DNA of 62,414 bases from Minisyncoccota bacterium (GCA_017991915.1 JAGOPQ010000001.1:1-62414), one strand, 5' to 3'; shown: positions 28,017-36,291, counted from the stretch's first letter. Made by a program: numbers and translations. The notes: generated from the sequence alone by a model not told the origin.

Positions 28017-28634
28017 ATGACTAAATTCATTCTCGCAACAAAAGAGAATATGATGGAGTATTTCTCTCCCGAAGGAGTGGTATTTCCTGTAACGATTTTA
28101 TCCGCTGGACCTGTCACTGTGACTCGCGTATTTGAGAAATCAAAGGACGGTTACAATGCAGTTCAAGTTGGTTTCGGTACTCAAAAGAAAGAAAGAATCA
28201 GCAAAGCTAAACTCGGCCAAATGAAAGGTGCTCAATATCGAGTTCTAAAAGAATTCCGATTGAAGCCTACAGATGAGAGTTCTGCTAAAGAAGGAGATGT
28301 CATTGATGTTTCAGTTTTTGCTCCAGGGGACAAGCTCCAAGTTTCTGGTACTTCAAAAGGTAAAGGTTTCCAAGGTGTTGTAAAGCGCCATGGTTTTGCC
28401 GGAGGTCCAAGAACACACGGACAGAAGCACTCTGAGCGTGAACCAGGATCTATCGGTGGAGGTCTACGTACACACGTGCCAAAGGGAATGAGAATGGCCG
28501 GCCGAATGGGATCAGACCGAATAACTCAAAAGAATTTGAAAGTTGTTGCAGTAGATGTAGAGAACAATCTACTATTAGTCGAAGGCGCAATTCCCGGAGT
28601 TCGCGGAAGTTTAGTTGAAATCTTCAGTAGATAA
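28017..28634 (+). CDS. rplC: 50S ribosomal protein L3
   Basis: GTSKGKGFQGVVKRHGF motif. Confidence 0.97.
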   Translation: MTKFILATKENMMEYFSPEGVVFPVTILSAGPVTVTRVFEKSKDGYNAVQVGFGTQKKERISKAKLGQMKGAQYRVLKEFRLKPTDESSAKEGDVIDVSVFAPGDKLQVSGTSKGKGFQGVVKRHGFAGGPRTHGQKHSEREPGSIGGGLRTHVPKGMRMAGRMGSDRITQKNLKVVAVDVENNLLLVEGAIPGVRGSLVEIFSR

Positions 28635-28642
28635 TAAATAAT

Positions 28643-29302
28643 ATGGAAGCAAAAGTATACAACCAAAAAGGAAAGGAGTCTGGAACAATAAATCTTCCGG
28701 CAAAAGTTTTTGCTGCGAAGTGGCGTGCAGACCTAGTTCACCAAGTAGTAGAAGGAATGCGCTCAAACAAGCGTTCTGGAACAGCTGATACCAAAGATCG
28801 CGGAGAAGTTCGCGGTGGAGGTAAGAAGCCTTGGAAACAAAAGGGAACAGGACGAGCTCGTCACGGTTCTTCTCGTTCTCCTATCTGGGTTGGTGGAGGT
28901 GTTACTCACGGTCCACTTGCAGAAAAGAACTACAAGCGCAAAATTTCTAAATCAATGCGTGCTCAAGCTTTATTCTCAGTACTTTCCAAGAAGATGAAAG
29001 ACGGTGAAATCCTTTTTGTGGATTCTCTGGATATGCCTGCAATCAAAACCAAAGATGCAGCTGAAGTCATGAAGAGCTTGTCCAAAGCTACAGGTTGGAA
29101 GCCACTAGCCGGATCCAAGAAGCCTCGTGTTTTGACTGCGCTTTATGGACGAAGTGAAAAGGCAGAAAAGAGTTTCCGAAACTTACCACAACTAGAGATG
29201 GTGTTCCTAAAGAACTTGAATCCACTAGATGTGCTATCTTACCAATACCTTTTGATCGAAAACGGAGAGGAGAGTGTGAAGTTCTTAGCATCTAGAGGTT
29301 AA
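28643..29302 (+). CDS. rplD: 50S ribosomal protein L4
   Basis: KPWKQKGTGRARHGS motif. Confidence 0.97.
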   Translation: MEAKVYNQKGKESGTINLPAKVFAAKWRADLVHQVVEGMRSNKRSGTADTKDRGEVRGGGKKPWKQKGTGRARHGSSRSPIWVGGGVTHGPLAEKNYKRKISKSMRAQALFSVLSKKMKDGEILFVDSLDMPAIKTKDAAEVMKSLSKATGWKPLAGSKKPRVLTALYGRSEKAEKSFRNLPQLEMVFLKNLNPLDVLSYQYLLIENGEESVKFLASRG

Positions 29303-29321
29303 TTGCAAATAATTTTTTGAT

Positions 29322-29594
29322 ATGAAAACAGACATCATAAAAAATGGAAGAATAACAGAGAAAGCAGCGACTGCTATGGAGAACAATACCTACGTTTTCA
29401 ACGTGGCTCCAAATGCAAACAAGACTGAAATCAAAAAGGCCATTTTTGCTCTGTACAAAGTAAAGCCAACCAAGGTAAACGTACTACGCGTACCAAAGAA
29501 AAATACATCCCTACGTGGCAAGCCAGGCACCAAGGGTGGTGGTAGAAAGGCAGTAGTATATTTGAAAAAGGGAGACAAGATTGAACTTATTTAA
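29322..29594 (+). CDS. rplW: 50S ribosomal protein L23
   Basis: ITEKA...YVF.V...ANKTEIKKA pattern; position matches the S10 operon order. Confidence 0.95.
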   Translation: MKTDIIKNGRITEKAATAMENNTYVFNVAPNANKTEIKKAIFALYKVKPTKVNVLRVPKKNTSLRGKPGTKGGGRKAVVYLKKGDKIELI

Positions 29595-29603
29595 TAGTAA
29601 ATT

Positions 29604-29665
29604 AGGCCCTAGGCCCTAGGCACTAGCAAAAAATGCTAAAGCCTAAAGCCTAAAGCCTAAAGCCT
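29604..29665 (+). repeat. Heptad-periodic hairpin repeat, copy B, immediately 5' of rplB
   Basis: AGGCCCTAGGCCCTAGGCACTAGC-A6-TGCTAAAGCCTAAAGCCTAAAGCCTAAAGCCT. It matches the reverse complement of 1355-1422. Confidence 0.8.
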
Positions 29666-29671
29666 AACACA

Positions 29672-30520
29672 ATGAAATCATACAAACCTACAAGTAAATC
29701 CCGAAGACAAATGACCAACGTGACTTATCACGGGGTTTTGACCAAGACTGAACCTACCAAGTCTCTGACTCGTGGATTCCGTCGTGCCGTCGGAAGAAAC
29801 AGCCAAGGACGCATCACTACTCGCCACAAAGGAGGAGGACACAAGAGACTTCTTCGCGACGTAGATTTTCTATACGACAAAAAAGATATCCCAGCTACTA
29901 TCAAAAGTATCGAGTACGATCCAAACCGTTCTGCATTCATCGGTCTTGCTGTATATAAAGATGGAGAGAAGCGATATGTAGTTCTACCAGGAGCAGTAAA
30001 GCCAGGAGCTACTTTTATAGTTTCTGAAAAAGCTCCACTTACAGCTGGAAACAGACTACCACTAAGAAATATTCCAGTTGGAACATTTGTTTACAATATT
30101 GAAATCAAGCCAAGAGGTGGTGCCAAGATCGGACGCTCTGCCGGAATCTTTGCTCAAGTTGTGGCAAATGCAGATGGCTACACAAATTTGAAAATGCCTT
30201 CAACAGAAATCCGAAAAATTTCTGAAGAGTGTTACGCATGTATCGGAGTTGTTTCTAATGACGAACATCACCTAGAGAACTACGGAAAGGCAGGACGAAG
30301 TCGCTGGAAGGGTATACGTCCTACAGTTCGTGGTACTGCCATGAACCCAGTAGACCACCCATACGGAGGAGGTGAAGGCCGACAAGGACGAGGAACCAAG
30401 CGCCCAAAGACTATGTGGGGTAAGGTTACCGGAGGACGAAAGACACGAACTCCAAAGAAGTACTCAAACGTATTTATCGTGTCCAGACGCCGAACTGGCA
30501 AGAACCGCAAGTCTTCATAA
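29672..30520 (+). CDS. rplB: 50S ribosomal protein L2
   Basis: GRNSQGRITTRHKGGGHKR and GTAMNPVDHPYGGGEG motifs. Confidence 0.98.
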   Translation: MKSYKPTSKSRRQMTNVTYHGVLTKTEPTKSLTRGFRRAVGRNSQGRITTRHKGGGHKRLLRDVDFLYDKKDIPATIKSIEYDPNRSAFIGLAVYKDGEKRYVVLPGAVKPGATFIVSEKAPLTAGNRLPLRNIPVGTFVYNIEIKPRGGAKIGRSAGIFAQVVANADGYTNLKMPSTEIRKISEECYACIGVVSNDEHHLENYGKAGRSRWKGIRPTVRGTAMNPVDHPYGGGEGRQGRGTKRPKTMWGKVTGGRKTRTPKKYSNVFIVSRRRTGKNRKSS

Positions 30521-30550
30521 TCTCCTTATTTTATATAGGTTTTCAGCACA

Positions 30551-30575
30551 AAAAGGTCAATTTATTGACTTTTTT
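30551..30575 (+). terminator. Hairpin/T-run after rplB, overlapping the islet-2 promoter -35
   Basis: AAAAGGTCAA-TTTA-TTGACTTTTT. Confidence 0.5.
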
Positions 30576-30593
30576 GTCTTTTTATGCTAGTAT
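30565..30593 (+). promoter_or_regulatory. Promoter driving islet 2 (TTGACT-17-TAGTAT, TGC extension)
   Basis: TTGACT 30565-30570 and TAGTAT 30588-30593. Closely resembles the islet-1 entry promoter. Confidence 0.55.
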
Positions 30594-30644
30594 ATATATT
30601 AGTAAGCAGTACATCGTCATTTACCCAAGCCTTCGGGAGAGGCT

Positions 30645-30878
30645 ATGTCTCGCATTACTGACAAGTATTGTGGCAATTGCAAGAAAACCAAGCCCCACTT
30701 TGACAATCGGTGCGTCGAATGCCGTCCACCAAGGTGGAATGCAGGCGAAGACAAAGATGTGAATTGTTCCCCCGTAGTTCGCACAGGGCGATGTGGTGAA
30801 CATGGCCGACGTGTTGTCGAGCCAGTCGAATTCATCGACGGGAAGAGTCGCGGTGCTGGTGAACATCTGCAGTACTAA
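30645..30878 (+). CDS. Hypothetical zinc-ribbon protein, islet 2 (77 aa)
   Basis: CGNC...CVEC plus further Cys/His; GGGAGAGG SD 2 nt upstream of the ATG. Confidence 0.5.
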   Translation: MSRITDKYCGNCKKTKPHFDNRCVECRPPRWNAGEDKDVNCSPVVRTGRCGEHGRRVVEPVEFIDGKSRGAGEHLQY

Positions 30879-30923
30879 GCATTCTCAGCAGGACCACCTT
30901 TCCACGCAGGGAGAAAAAAAGAG

Positions 30924-31223
30924 ATGAAGCTTAAGATGGCGCCACCGACTTCGCCAACCCGTGAGGCCACTCGCGAAGAGGTGCTATCTCTCACTGAGCG
31001 CGCTCTCAAGCGCCTTGGTGTCCCAAGTCCACGCTGGAAGGCACGTCAGGCCATCGGCAAAGTGGTGTTCCCGCAGAAGTATGGAATGGCAACATTCCAT
31101 GCAGTCTGCCGGGAGTTCCTTGATCGGGGGTACGAAGTTCCCGATTATGAGTCACCCACAATGCTGGAGAGGGTTGTGGAACACATCGCCGAGAACGCAC
31201 CCGAGACAGTGTCCTGGGTGTGA
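30924..31223 (+). CDS. Hypothetical protein, islet 2 (99 aa)
   Basis: GGGAG upstream; an alternative ATG at 30936. GC3-skewed. No family recognised. Confidence 0.5.
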   Translation: MKLKMAPPTSPTREATREEVLSLTERALKRLGVPSPRWKARQAIGKVVFPQKYGMATFHAVCREFLDRGYEVPDYESPTMLERVVEHIAENAPETVSWV

Positions 31224-31282
31224 GGTCTCAATGGCTGACCGATAGGTTCGCCACGTGACGAAAGTCACAAACATCAAAGACG

Positions 31283-31318
31283 GGGGTAGCCAATATCGGT
31301 TACCCCTTTCATCGTTTT
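31283..31318 (+). terminator. Intrinsic terminator closing islet 2
   Basis: GGGGTAGCC-AATATC-GGTTACCCC hairpin followed by TTTCATCGTTTT. Confidence 0.65.
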
Positions 31319-31320
31319 AT

Positions 31321-31348
31321 TTGACATTCGCCCTGAATTTGCTAGTAT
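31321..31348 (+). promoter_or_regulatory. Promoter restarting rpsS (TTGACA-16-TAGTAT, TGC extension)
   Basis: TTGACA 31321-31326 and TAGTAT 31343-31348. A hairpin plus T-run at 31355-31380 starts at the predicted +1. Confidence 0.55.
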
Positions 31349-31389
31349 GTTGTGAGGCTCAATCGAGAGCCTTTTGTTTACTTTATTTT

Positions 31390-31737
31390 ATGACAAGATC
31401 AATCAAAAAAGGCCTAAACGTTGACGAGCGTCTACTCAAAAAGATTGCCGGCAAAAACCCGCTTCAAACTCCAATGATAAAGACTTGGAAGAGAGCGTGT
31501 CAGATTTCACCTGAAATGTTGGGCTTTACTTTTGGCGTTTACAACGGAAAAGTTCACGTTGAAGTTTTGGTTACTGAAGACATGGTAGGTCACCGACTTG
31601 GAGAATTTTCACCAACCAAGAAATTCATGAAACACGGAGGAAAGATGCAGAAGGAGCTTGAACAAAAGAAGAAAGAAGCTGAAATAACACAGGCCAAGTC
31701 TGCGACAGCTGCAGCAGGAGACGCCAAGAAGAAATAA
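31390..31737 (+). CDS. rpsS: 30S ribosomal protein S19 (with K/E/A-rich C-terminal extension)
   Basis: MTRSIKKG...IKTWKR...GKVHV...MVGHRLGEFSPTKKF. ATG 31390 was chosen; the upstream part of the ORF is spurious. Confidence 0.95.
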   Translation: MTRSIKKGLNVDERLLKKIAGKNPLQTPMIKTWKRACQISPEMLGFTFGVYNGKVHVEVLVTEDMVGHRLGEFSPTKKFMKHGGKMQKELEQKKKEAEITQAKSATAAAGDAKKK

Positions 31738-31758
31738 GAGAAATAATTTAAATAAATC

Positions 31759-32160
31759 ATGAAAGCTTTTTTAAAAAATTACAGACAATCACCACGAAAA
31801 GTTCGCTTAGTTGCGGGGCTGATAAAAGGCAAGGATGTTTCTCTTGCTATCGCTGAGTTAGACTTTCTAGCCAAGCGCGCAGGCCTCCCAATCAAGAAGC
31901 TTTTGATGTCAGCGGTAGCCAATGCCAAGCAAATGGGAATTGAGAAAGAAAATTTGATAATCAAAGAATTGCGAGTAGATAAAGGCATAGTGATGAAGAG
32001 AATGATGCCAGCAGCCATGGGTACTGGACACAGAATCAACAAGCGCACCAGTCACATCACCTTAGCTCTTGCCGAAAAGGTAGCCGAAGCAAAGAAAACC
32101 AAGAAAGAAAAAGCTGAGAAGAAAGTAAAAGTAACCAAAGAAGCAAAAGCGAAAAAATAA
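31759..32160 (+). CDS. rplV: 50S ribosomal protein L22
   Basis: SPRKVRLVAGLIKGK motif. Confidence 0.96.
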   Translation: MKAFLKNYRQSPRKVRLVAGLIKGKDVSLAIAELDFLAKRAGLPIKKLLMSAVANAKQMGIEKENLIIKELRVDKGIVMKRMMPAAMGTGHRINKRTSHITLALAEKVAEAKKTKKEKAEKKVKVTKEAKAKK

Positions 32161-32164
32161 TTAT

Positions 32165-32860
32165 ATGTCAAAAATAGTTCACCCATACGTACATAGATTG
32201 ATCATGCTCCGAGACTGGAAGTCTCGCTGGTTTGCTGATCCTAAAAAATATGTAGATTACCTAAAGGGTGATGTGCTTATTCGCGAATACTTGGAAAAGA
32301 AATTGCGCGGTATGTATATTTCTACAATCGAAATTGAACGAAGTAGAAAAGCTACTCGATTTATAATCAAAACTTCTCGCCCTGGTATATTAATCGGCCG
32401 AAATGGAGAAGGTGCAACAAAACTAAAAGAAGATATCTTGAAGAAAATGGACAAGCTAGGTCTAGGTCGTCCAGAAGATTTCAAGTTGGAAGTAGTAGAA
32501 GTCACTAACCCTGAAGCTGATGCAGCTATCGTGGCTTACATGATCGCCGAAGGACTAGAAAAGAGAATGCCATACCGCCGAGTTATCAAACAAGTACTTG
32601 AAAAAGTCATGACTGCTCGTGGAGTAGAAGGAGCGAGAGTTGTATTGGGTGGCCGTCTCGGTGGCGCTGAAATTGCTCGTACGGAAGAGTTGAAAAAGGG
32701 TTCTATCCCACTTCAGACTTTCCGCGCGGACATTGATTTCAAGCGTGAAAGAGCAAACATGCCTTACGGTGTTATAGGTATTAAGGTTTGGATTTACCGA
32801 GGAAAGATCTTTGCGCAAAAGGCAAAGAAAGAAGAGACTACTAATAACGATAGAAGTTAA
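32165..32860 (+). CDS. rpsC: 30S ribosomal protein S3
   Basis: KH domain, GGRLGGAEIAR motif. Confidence 0.97.
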   Translation: MSKIVHPYVHRLIMLRDWKSRWFADPKKYVDYLKGDVLIREYLEKKLRGMYISTIEIERSRKATRFIIKTSRPGILIGRNGEGATKLKEDILKKMDKLGLGRPEDFKLEVVEVTNPEADAAIVAYMIAEGLEKRMPYRRVIKQVLEKVMTARGVEGARVVLGGRLGGAEIARTEELKKGSIPLQTFRADIDFKRERANMPYGVIGIKVWIYRGKIFAQKAKKEETTNNDRS

Positions 32861-32864
32861 TTTT

Positions 32865-33293
32865 ATGTTGATACCGAAAAAAGTAAAATTTAGAAAGTGG
32901 CAGACAATGCGAACCAATCCGAAGTCTATAACTCCGGATACTAGAGGCATCAAGCTTGCCTTTGGATCTTTTGGTTTGAAATCAGAATCTCAAGCTCGCA
33001 TAAAATCTGTTCAACTTGAATCTGCTCGAAAAGTTATTTCTCGTACTCTTACCAAGTCTGGAAAATATTGGATTAGAGTTTTCCCAGATCGTCCATATAC
33101 AGCTAAGGCCGCAGAAGTGGGCATGGGAAAGGGAAAGGGAGATCCACAAGGATATTGCTTTGATGTTCTGCCAGGCAGAATACTCTTTGAAGTAGATGGC
33201 GTAGAAGAAGCAGTAGCCCGTGAAGCACTCCGAAAAGCCGGAACCAAGCTTCCAGTAAAGGTCAGAATTATTTCCCGAGTTCACAGACAATAA
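32865..33293 (+). CDS. rplP: 50S ribosomal protein L16
   Basis: MLIPKKVKFRK start; ATG 32865. Confidence 0.96.
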   Translation: MLIPKKVKFRKWQTMRTNPKSITPDTRGIKLAFGSFGLKSESQARIKSVQLESARKVISRTLTKSGKYWIRVFPDRPYTAKAAEVGMGKGKGDPQGYCFDVLPGRILFEVDGVEEAVAREALRKAGTKLPVKVRIISRVHRQ

Positions 33294-33297
33294 TCAT

Positions 33298-33489
33298 ATG
33301 AAGAAAAGAATGGAAAAATTTAAGGGAATGAAAGCAACTGAGCTCGCAAAGAAGCTTGTAGATTTGAAAGAAGAAATCCGAGCCCTACACTTCAAGAGCG
33401 AAGGAGCTAAGTCCAAGAATGTCAAAGAAGTTGGCGCTCTAAAGAAAGAAGTAGCTAGAGTTCTAACACTTATTAATCAAGCACAATAA
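33298..33489 (+). CDS. rpmC: 50S ribosomal protein L29
   Basis: 63 aa; position and helical K/E-rich sequence fit L29. Confidence 0.9.
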   Translation: MKKRMEKFKGMKATELAKKLVDLKEEIRALHFKSEGAKSKNVKEVGALKKEVARVLTLINQAQ

Positions 33490-33493
33490 TTTT

Positions 33494-33748
33494 ATGAAGA
33501 AAGAAGCAGAAAAAACAACTGAAGAGAAAGGAAATATGCTCAGCGGAGTAGTTATTTCAGACAAGATGGATAAGACCGTAGTTGTTTCTGTTTCTAGATT
33601 TATCAAGCACCCAAAGTATGGAAAGTTTTATAAAATAAACAAGAAGTACAAGGCGCACGATGAAGAAAATAAATACAAGACAGGGGATAAGGTAGAAATA
33701 GTTGAAACCCGTCCAATTTCAAAGCTTAAGAAATTTAAAGTAGTTTAA
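33494..33748 (+). CDS. rpsQ: 30S ribosomal protein S17
   Basis: [14 protein letters not shown]...KHPKYGK...AHDE motif. Confidence 0.95.
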   Translation: MKKEAEKTTEEKGNMLSGVVISDKMDKTVVVSVSRFIKHPKYGKFYKINKKYKAHDEENKYKTGDKVEIVETRPISKLKKFKVV

Positions 33749-33778
33749 TAAATAATTTCCCCGCGTAGCGGGACAAGT

Positions 33779-34150
33779 ATGATTCAACCAGAAACATTAG
33801 TAAAAATAACAGATAACGCCGGAGGTACCGTAGGAAAGGTATTCAAGGTTCTAGGCGCTTCTAAAAAGCGATATGCTACTTTGGGTGAGCTTGTGATTAT
33901 TTCTGTGAAGGTGGCAAGTCCTCGAAAGGGTGTAAAGAAGAAAGATGTTCACCAAGCTGTAGTAGTGCGAACTCGCAATGCTTACCGCCGAAAGGATGGT
34001 TCTTATATCCGATTTGATGATAACGCAGTGGTAATCCTTGAAAAGGGAAAGAAGGATCCAAAGGCTGGACGCGTATTCGGACCAATTCCAAGAGAGCTTG
34101 CTGAAAAGGGTTTCCAAAAGATCATTTCCTTAGCGCAAGAAGTTATTTAA
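33779..34150 (+). CDS. rplN: 50S ribosomal protein L14
   Basis: MIQPETLVKITDN start; 123 aa. Confidence 0.97.
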   Translation: MIQPETLVKITDNAGGTVGKVFKVLGASKKRYATLGELVIISVKVASPRKGVKKKDVHQAVVVRTRNAYRRKDGSYIRFDDNAVVILEKGKKDPKAGRVFGPIPRELAEKGFQKIISLAQEVI

Positions 34151-34167
34151 GTAGATATATTGAACAT

Positions 34168-34386
34168 ATGAAATTAAAAAAAGGAGACAATATAATAGTT
34201 ATCACAGGTAAAGACAAAGGCAAGAAAGGAAAAATTGTCCGCTCTTTGGTGAAGGATAATAAGGTAGTGGTAGAAGGTATCAATATGATGAAGAAGCACC
34301 AACGCCCACGAAAGTCTGGAGAAACTGGACAGATATTGAGTATCGCTATGCCGATCCACGCTTCAAACGTCAAAAAAGCTGAGTAG
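34168..34386 (+). CDS. rplX: 50S ribosomal protein L24 (short form)
   Basis: KLKKGDNIIVITGKDKGKKGKI KOW motif. Confidence 0.93.
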   Translation: MKLKKGDNIIVITGKDKGKKGKIVRSLVKDNKVVVEGINMMKKHQRPRKSGETGQILSIAMPIHASNVKKAE

Positions 34387-34406
34387 TATAAGAATTATAT
34401 AAACAT

Positions 34407-34985
34407 ATGAAACATTTAACTGTAAAAGAAAAAGAAAAGGAGGCTTTCTCAAAAATGAAAGAAGCTTTTCACTATAAGAACGGAATGGCTGCCCCAAAGA
34501 TGTTGAAGGTGGTTATGAACATTGGTACAGGCACCATGATGAAGAAGGACAAGAACAAGAATGATGCTATCGCATTACGCTTGGCAAAAATCACAGGACA
34601 AAAAGGAGCATTCAAGGGTGCCAAGCAATCTATCGCATCTTTCAAGGTTCGCCAAGGTGACCCAATCGGTGTCATGGTTACTCTTCGTGGAGCACGCATG
34701 TATGGATTTTTGGAAAAGCTAATCAATGTGGCACTTCCTAGAACCAAGGACTTCCGTGGAATCAATCGATCTGGAGTAGATAACATCGGAAACCTAACTA
34801 TCGGTATCAAAGAACACACTATTTTCCCTGAAACAGCTGACGAAGACATCCGTGATGTTTTCGGTATGGCTATCACCCTCGTATCTTCTGCCAAGGATCG
34901 AAAAGAAGGCCTAGCTTTCTTTGAACTTCTTGGTCTTCCATTTAAAAAGGAGGAAGAAGGTAAGGCAGGTAAGAGAAAGAAGTAG
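34407..34985 (+). CDS. rplE: 50S ribosomal protein L5
   Basis: GVMVTLRGARMYGFLEKLINVALPR motif. Confidence 0.96.
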   Translation: MKHLTVKEKEKEAFSKMKEAFHYKNGMAAPKMLKVVMNIGTGTMMKKDKNKNDAIALRLAKITGQKGAFKGAKQSIASFKVRQGDPIGVMVTLRGARMYGFLEKLINVALPRTKDFRGINRSGVDNIGNLTIGIKEHTIFPETADEDIRDVFGMAITLVSSAKDRKEGLAFFELLGLPFKKEEEGKAGKRKK

Positions 34986-34997
34986 GATAAGAGTCGT

Positions 34998-35026
34998 TTG
35001 ACTATTATGGGTAAATTTGTTAGTAT
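34998..35026 (+). promoter_or_regulatory. Possible internal promoter upstream of rpsN (TTGACT-17-TAGTAT)
   Basis: Lies in an unusually long (155-nt) rplE-rpsN spacer. Confidence 0.4.
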
Positions 35027-35141
35027 TTGGTTAAGGGAAACAGACCTCAGCTAATCCACTTTTCTCCTTTAGGTCCTTGTTTAAAAGGGTTTAAAGAAAA
35101 AAAGTGAGACATTACGAGGCACTCCCAAAGAATTTTTATAT

Positions 35142-35327
35142 ATGGCAAAAACATCAGTTATAGCAAGAAACAATAAGAAGCATAAGTTTAGTACTCGACA
35201 GAAAAATCGATGCTTTCGCTGTGGCCGAGGAAATGGCTTTATGCGAGATTTCGGTCTATGCCGTATATGTTTTAGAGAATTAGCAAACGAGGGAATGCTT
35301 CCGGGCGTTAGAAAGTCTTCTTGGTAA
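35142..35327 (+). CDS. rpsN: 30S ribosomal protein S14, type Z (zinc-binding)
   Basis: 61 aa with CFRCGR...CRICFRE. Confidence 0.95.
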   Translation: MAKTSVIARNNKKHKFSTRQKNRCFRCGRGNGFMRDFGLCRICFRELANEGMLPGVRKSSW

Positions 35328-35337
35328 TAAAAAATAT

Positions 35338-35724
35338 ATGGATCAAATTTCAAACATGATGATAATGATGAAGAACGCAGGACTTGCAGGCAAGGAGTCT
35401 GTTATTTTTCCATCTTCAAAATTAAAGGAGGCTATTTGTAACTGCCTAAAGAAGGAAGGCTATATAGCCAAGGTTTCCAAGAAAGTTAGAAAAGATTTTC
35501 CAGTACTTGAAGTTGAGTTGGTTTATGCTGATAAAAAGCCAAAGATTTCTGATATACAACGTATCTCTAAACAATCCCGCCGAGTATATTTCCAAATGAA
35601 AGATATTCATTCAGTAAAGAGTGGTACAGGATTGCTTGTACTTTCTACCCCAAAAGGAATTTTGTCAGGCAAGGAAGCTCGCAAAGAGCAAGTCGGAGGA
35701 GAAGCTTTATTTAGAGTTTGGTAA
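35338..35724 (+). CDS. rpsH: 30S ribosomal protein S8
   Basis: Position plus the C-terminal GGE(A)LF.VW motif. Confidence 0.95.
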   Translation: MDQISNMMIMMKNAGLAGKESVIFPSSKLKEAICNCLKKEGYIAKVSKKVRKDFPVLEVELVYADKKPKISDIQRISKQSRRVYFQMKDIHSVKSGTGLLVLSTPKGILSGKEARKEQVGGEALFRVW

Positions 35725-35733
35725 TTAAATTTT

Positions 35734-36267
35734 ATGTCAAAAATAGGAAAACAAGAATTAGAAATACCAGCAGGAGTTGAAGTCACACAAAACGGCTCTA
35801 TTTTGACAGTGAAAGGTCCAAAAGGAACTTTGACCAAAACTCTACGTGATGAAGTGGAAGTAAAGATCAACGGTAAATTGGTGACTTTTGCTATCAAGCG
35901 AAATGACAAGTTTTCAAAATCACTTTGGGGTACTTATGCATCTCAAATCAAGAATATGATTGCCGGAGTAGTTACTCCATATCAAAAGAAGTTAATCCTG
36001 GAAGGAGTTGGATTCAAGTCAGACGTAAAGGGTAAGGAATTACACTTAGCACTTGGATTTTCTCACGGCGTTGTTGTGCCAATCCCAGAAGGTTTGACCA
36101 CCACAGCAGAAAAGAACTTGATTACCGTTACTGGAATAGACAAGGAAGCAGTAGGAAGCTTTGCCGCAGCAGTTCGCGCATTGAAGAAGCCAGAACCTTA
36201 CAAGGGTAAGGGTATGAGATATGATGATGAAGTTATCAGACGCAAGCAAGGTAAGAAAACTGCGTAA
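35734..36267 (+). CDS. rplF: 50S ribosomal protein L6
   Basis: SKIGKQELEIPAGVEV start; KGKGMRYDDEV motif. Confidence 0.96.
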   Translation: MSKIGKQELEIPAGVEVTQNGSILTVKGPKGTLTKTLRDEVEVKINGKLVTFAIKRNDKFSKSLWGTYASQIKNMIAGVVTPYQKKLILEGVGFKSDVKGKELHLALGFSHGVVVPIPEGLTTTAEKNLITVTGIDKEAVGSFAAAVRALKKPEPYKGKGMRYDDEVIRRKQGKKTA

Positions 36268-36291
36268 TCCAAAGTTATTTAGTTAAATTAT

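Larger units (their letters stand above)
30594..31319. other. GC-rich foreign-looking gene cassette (islet 2) between rplB and rpsS
   Basis: An 870-bp spacer lies where rplB and rpsS normally abut. It contains GC-rich, SD-led small ORFs and its own terminator, followed by an exit promoter. Confidence 0.7.

Noticed and set aside
29604-29665. Tandem GCCTAAA / GGCCCTA repeats considered as a CRISPR array
   Set aside because: The period is only 7 nt, there are no spacers, there are no cas genes in the window, and the two arms are complementary, forming a hairpin element.
30565-31245. Additional ORFs in islet 2 (30565-30762 +, 30617-30835 -, 30621-30866 -, 30961-31245 +, 31006-31200 -)
   Set aside because: Same GC-driven open-frame artefact. 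They overlap the two SD-led, GC3-skewed ORFs and lack start-site signals.
31255-31389. N-terminal 45-codon extension of the rpsS ORF
   Set aside because: The extension covers the islet-2 terminator and exit promoter and does not resemble S19. The canonical MTRSIKKG start is at 31390.
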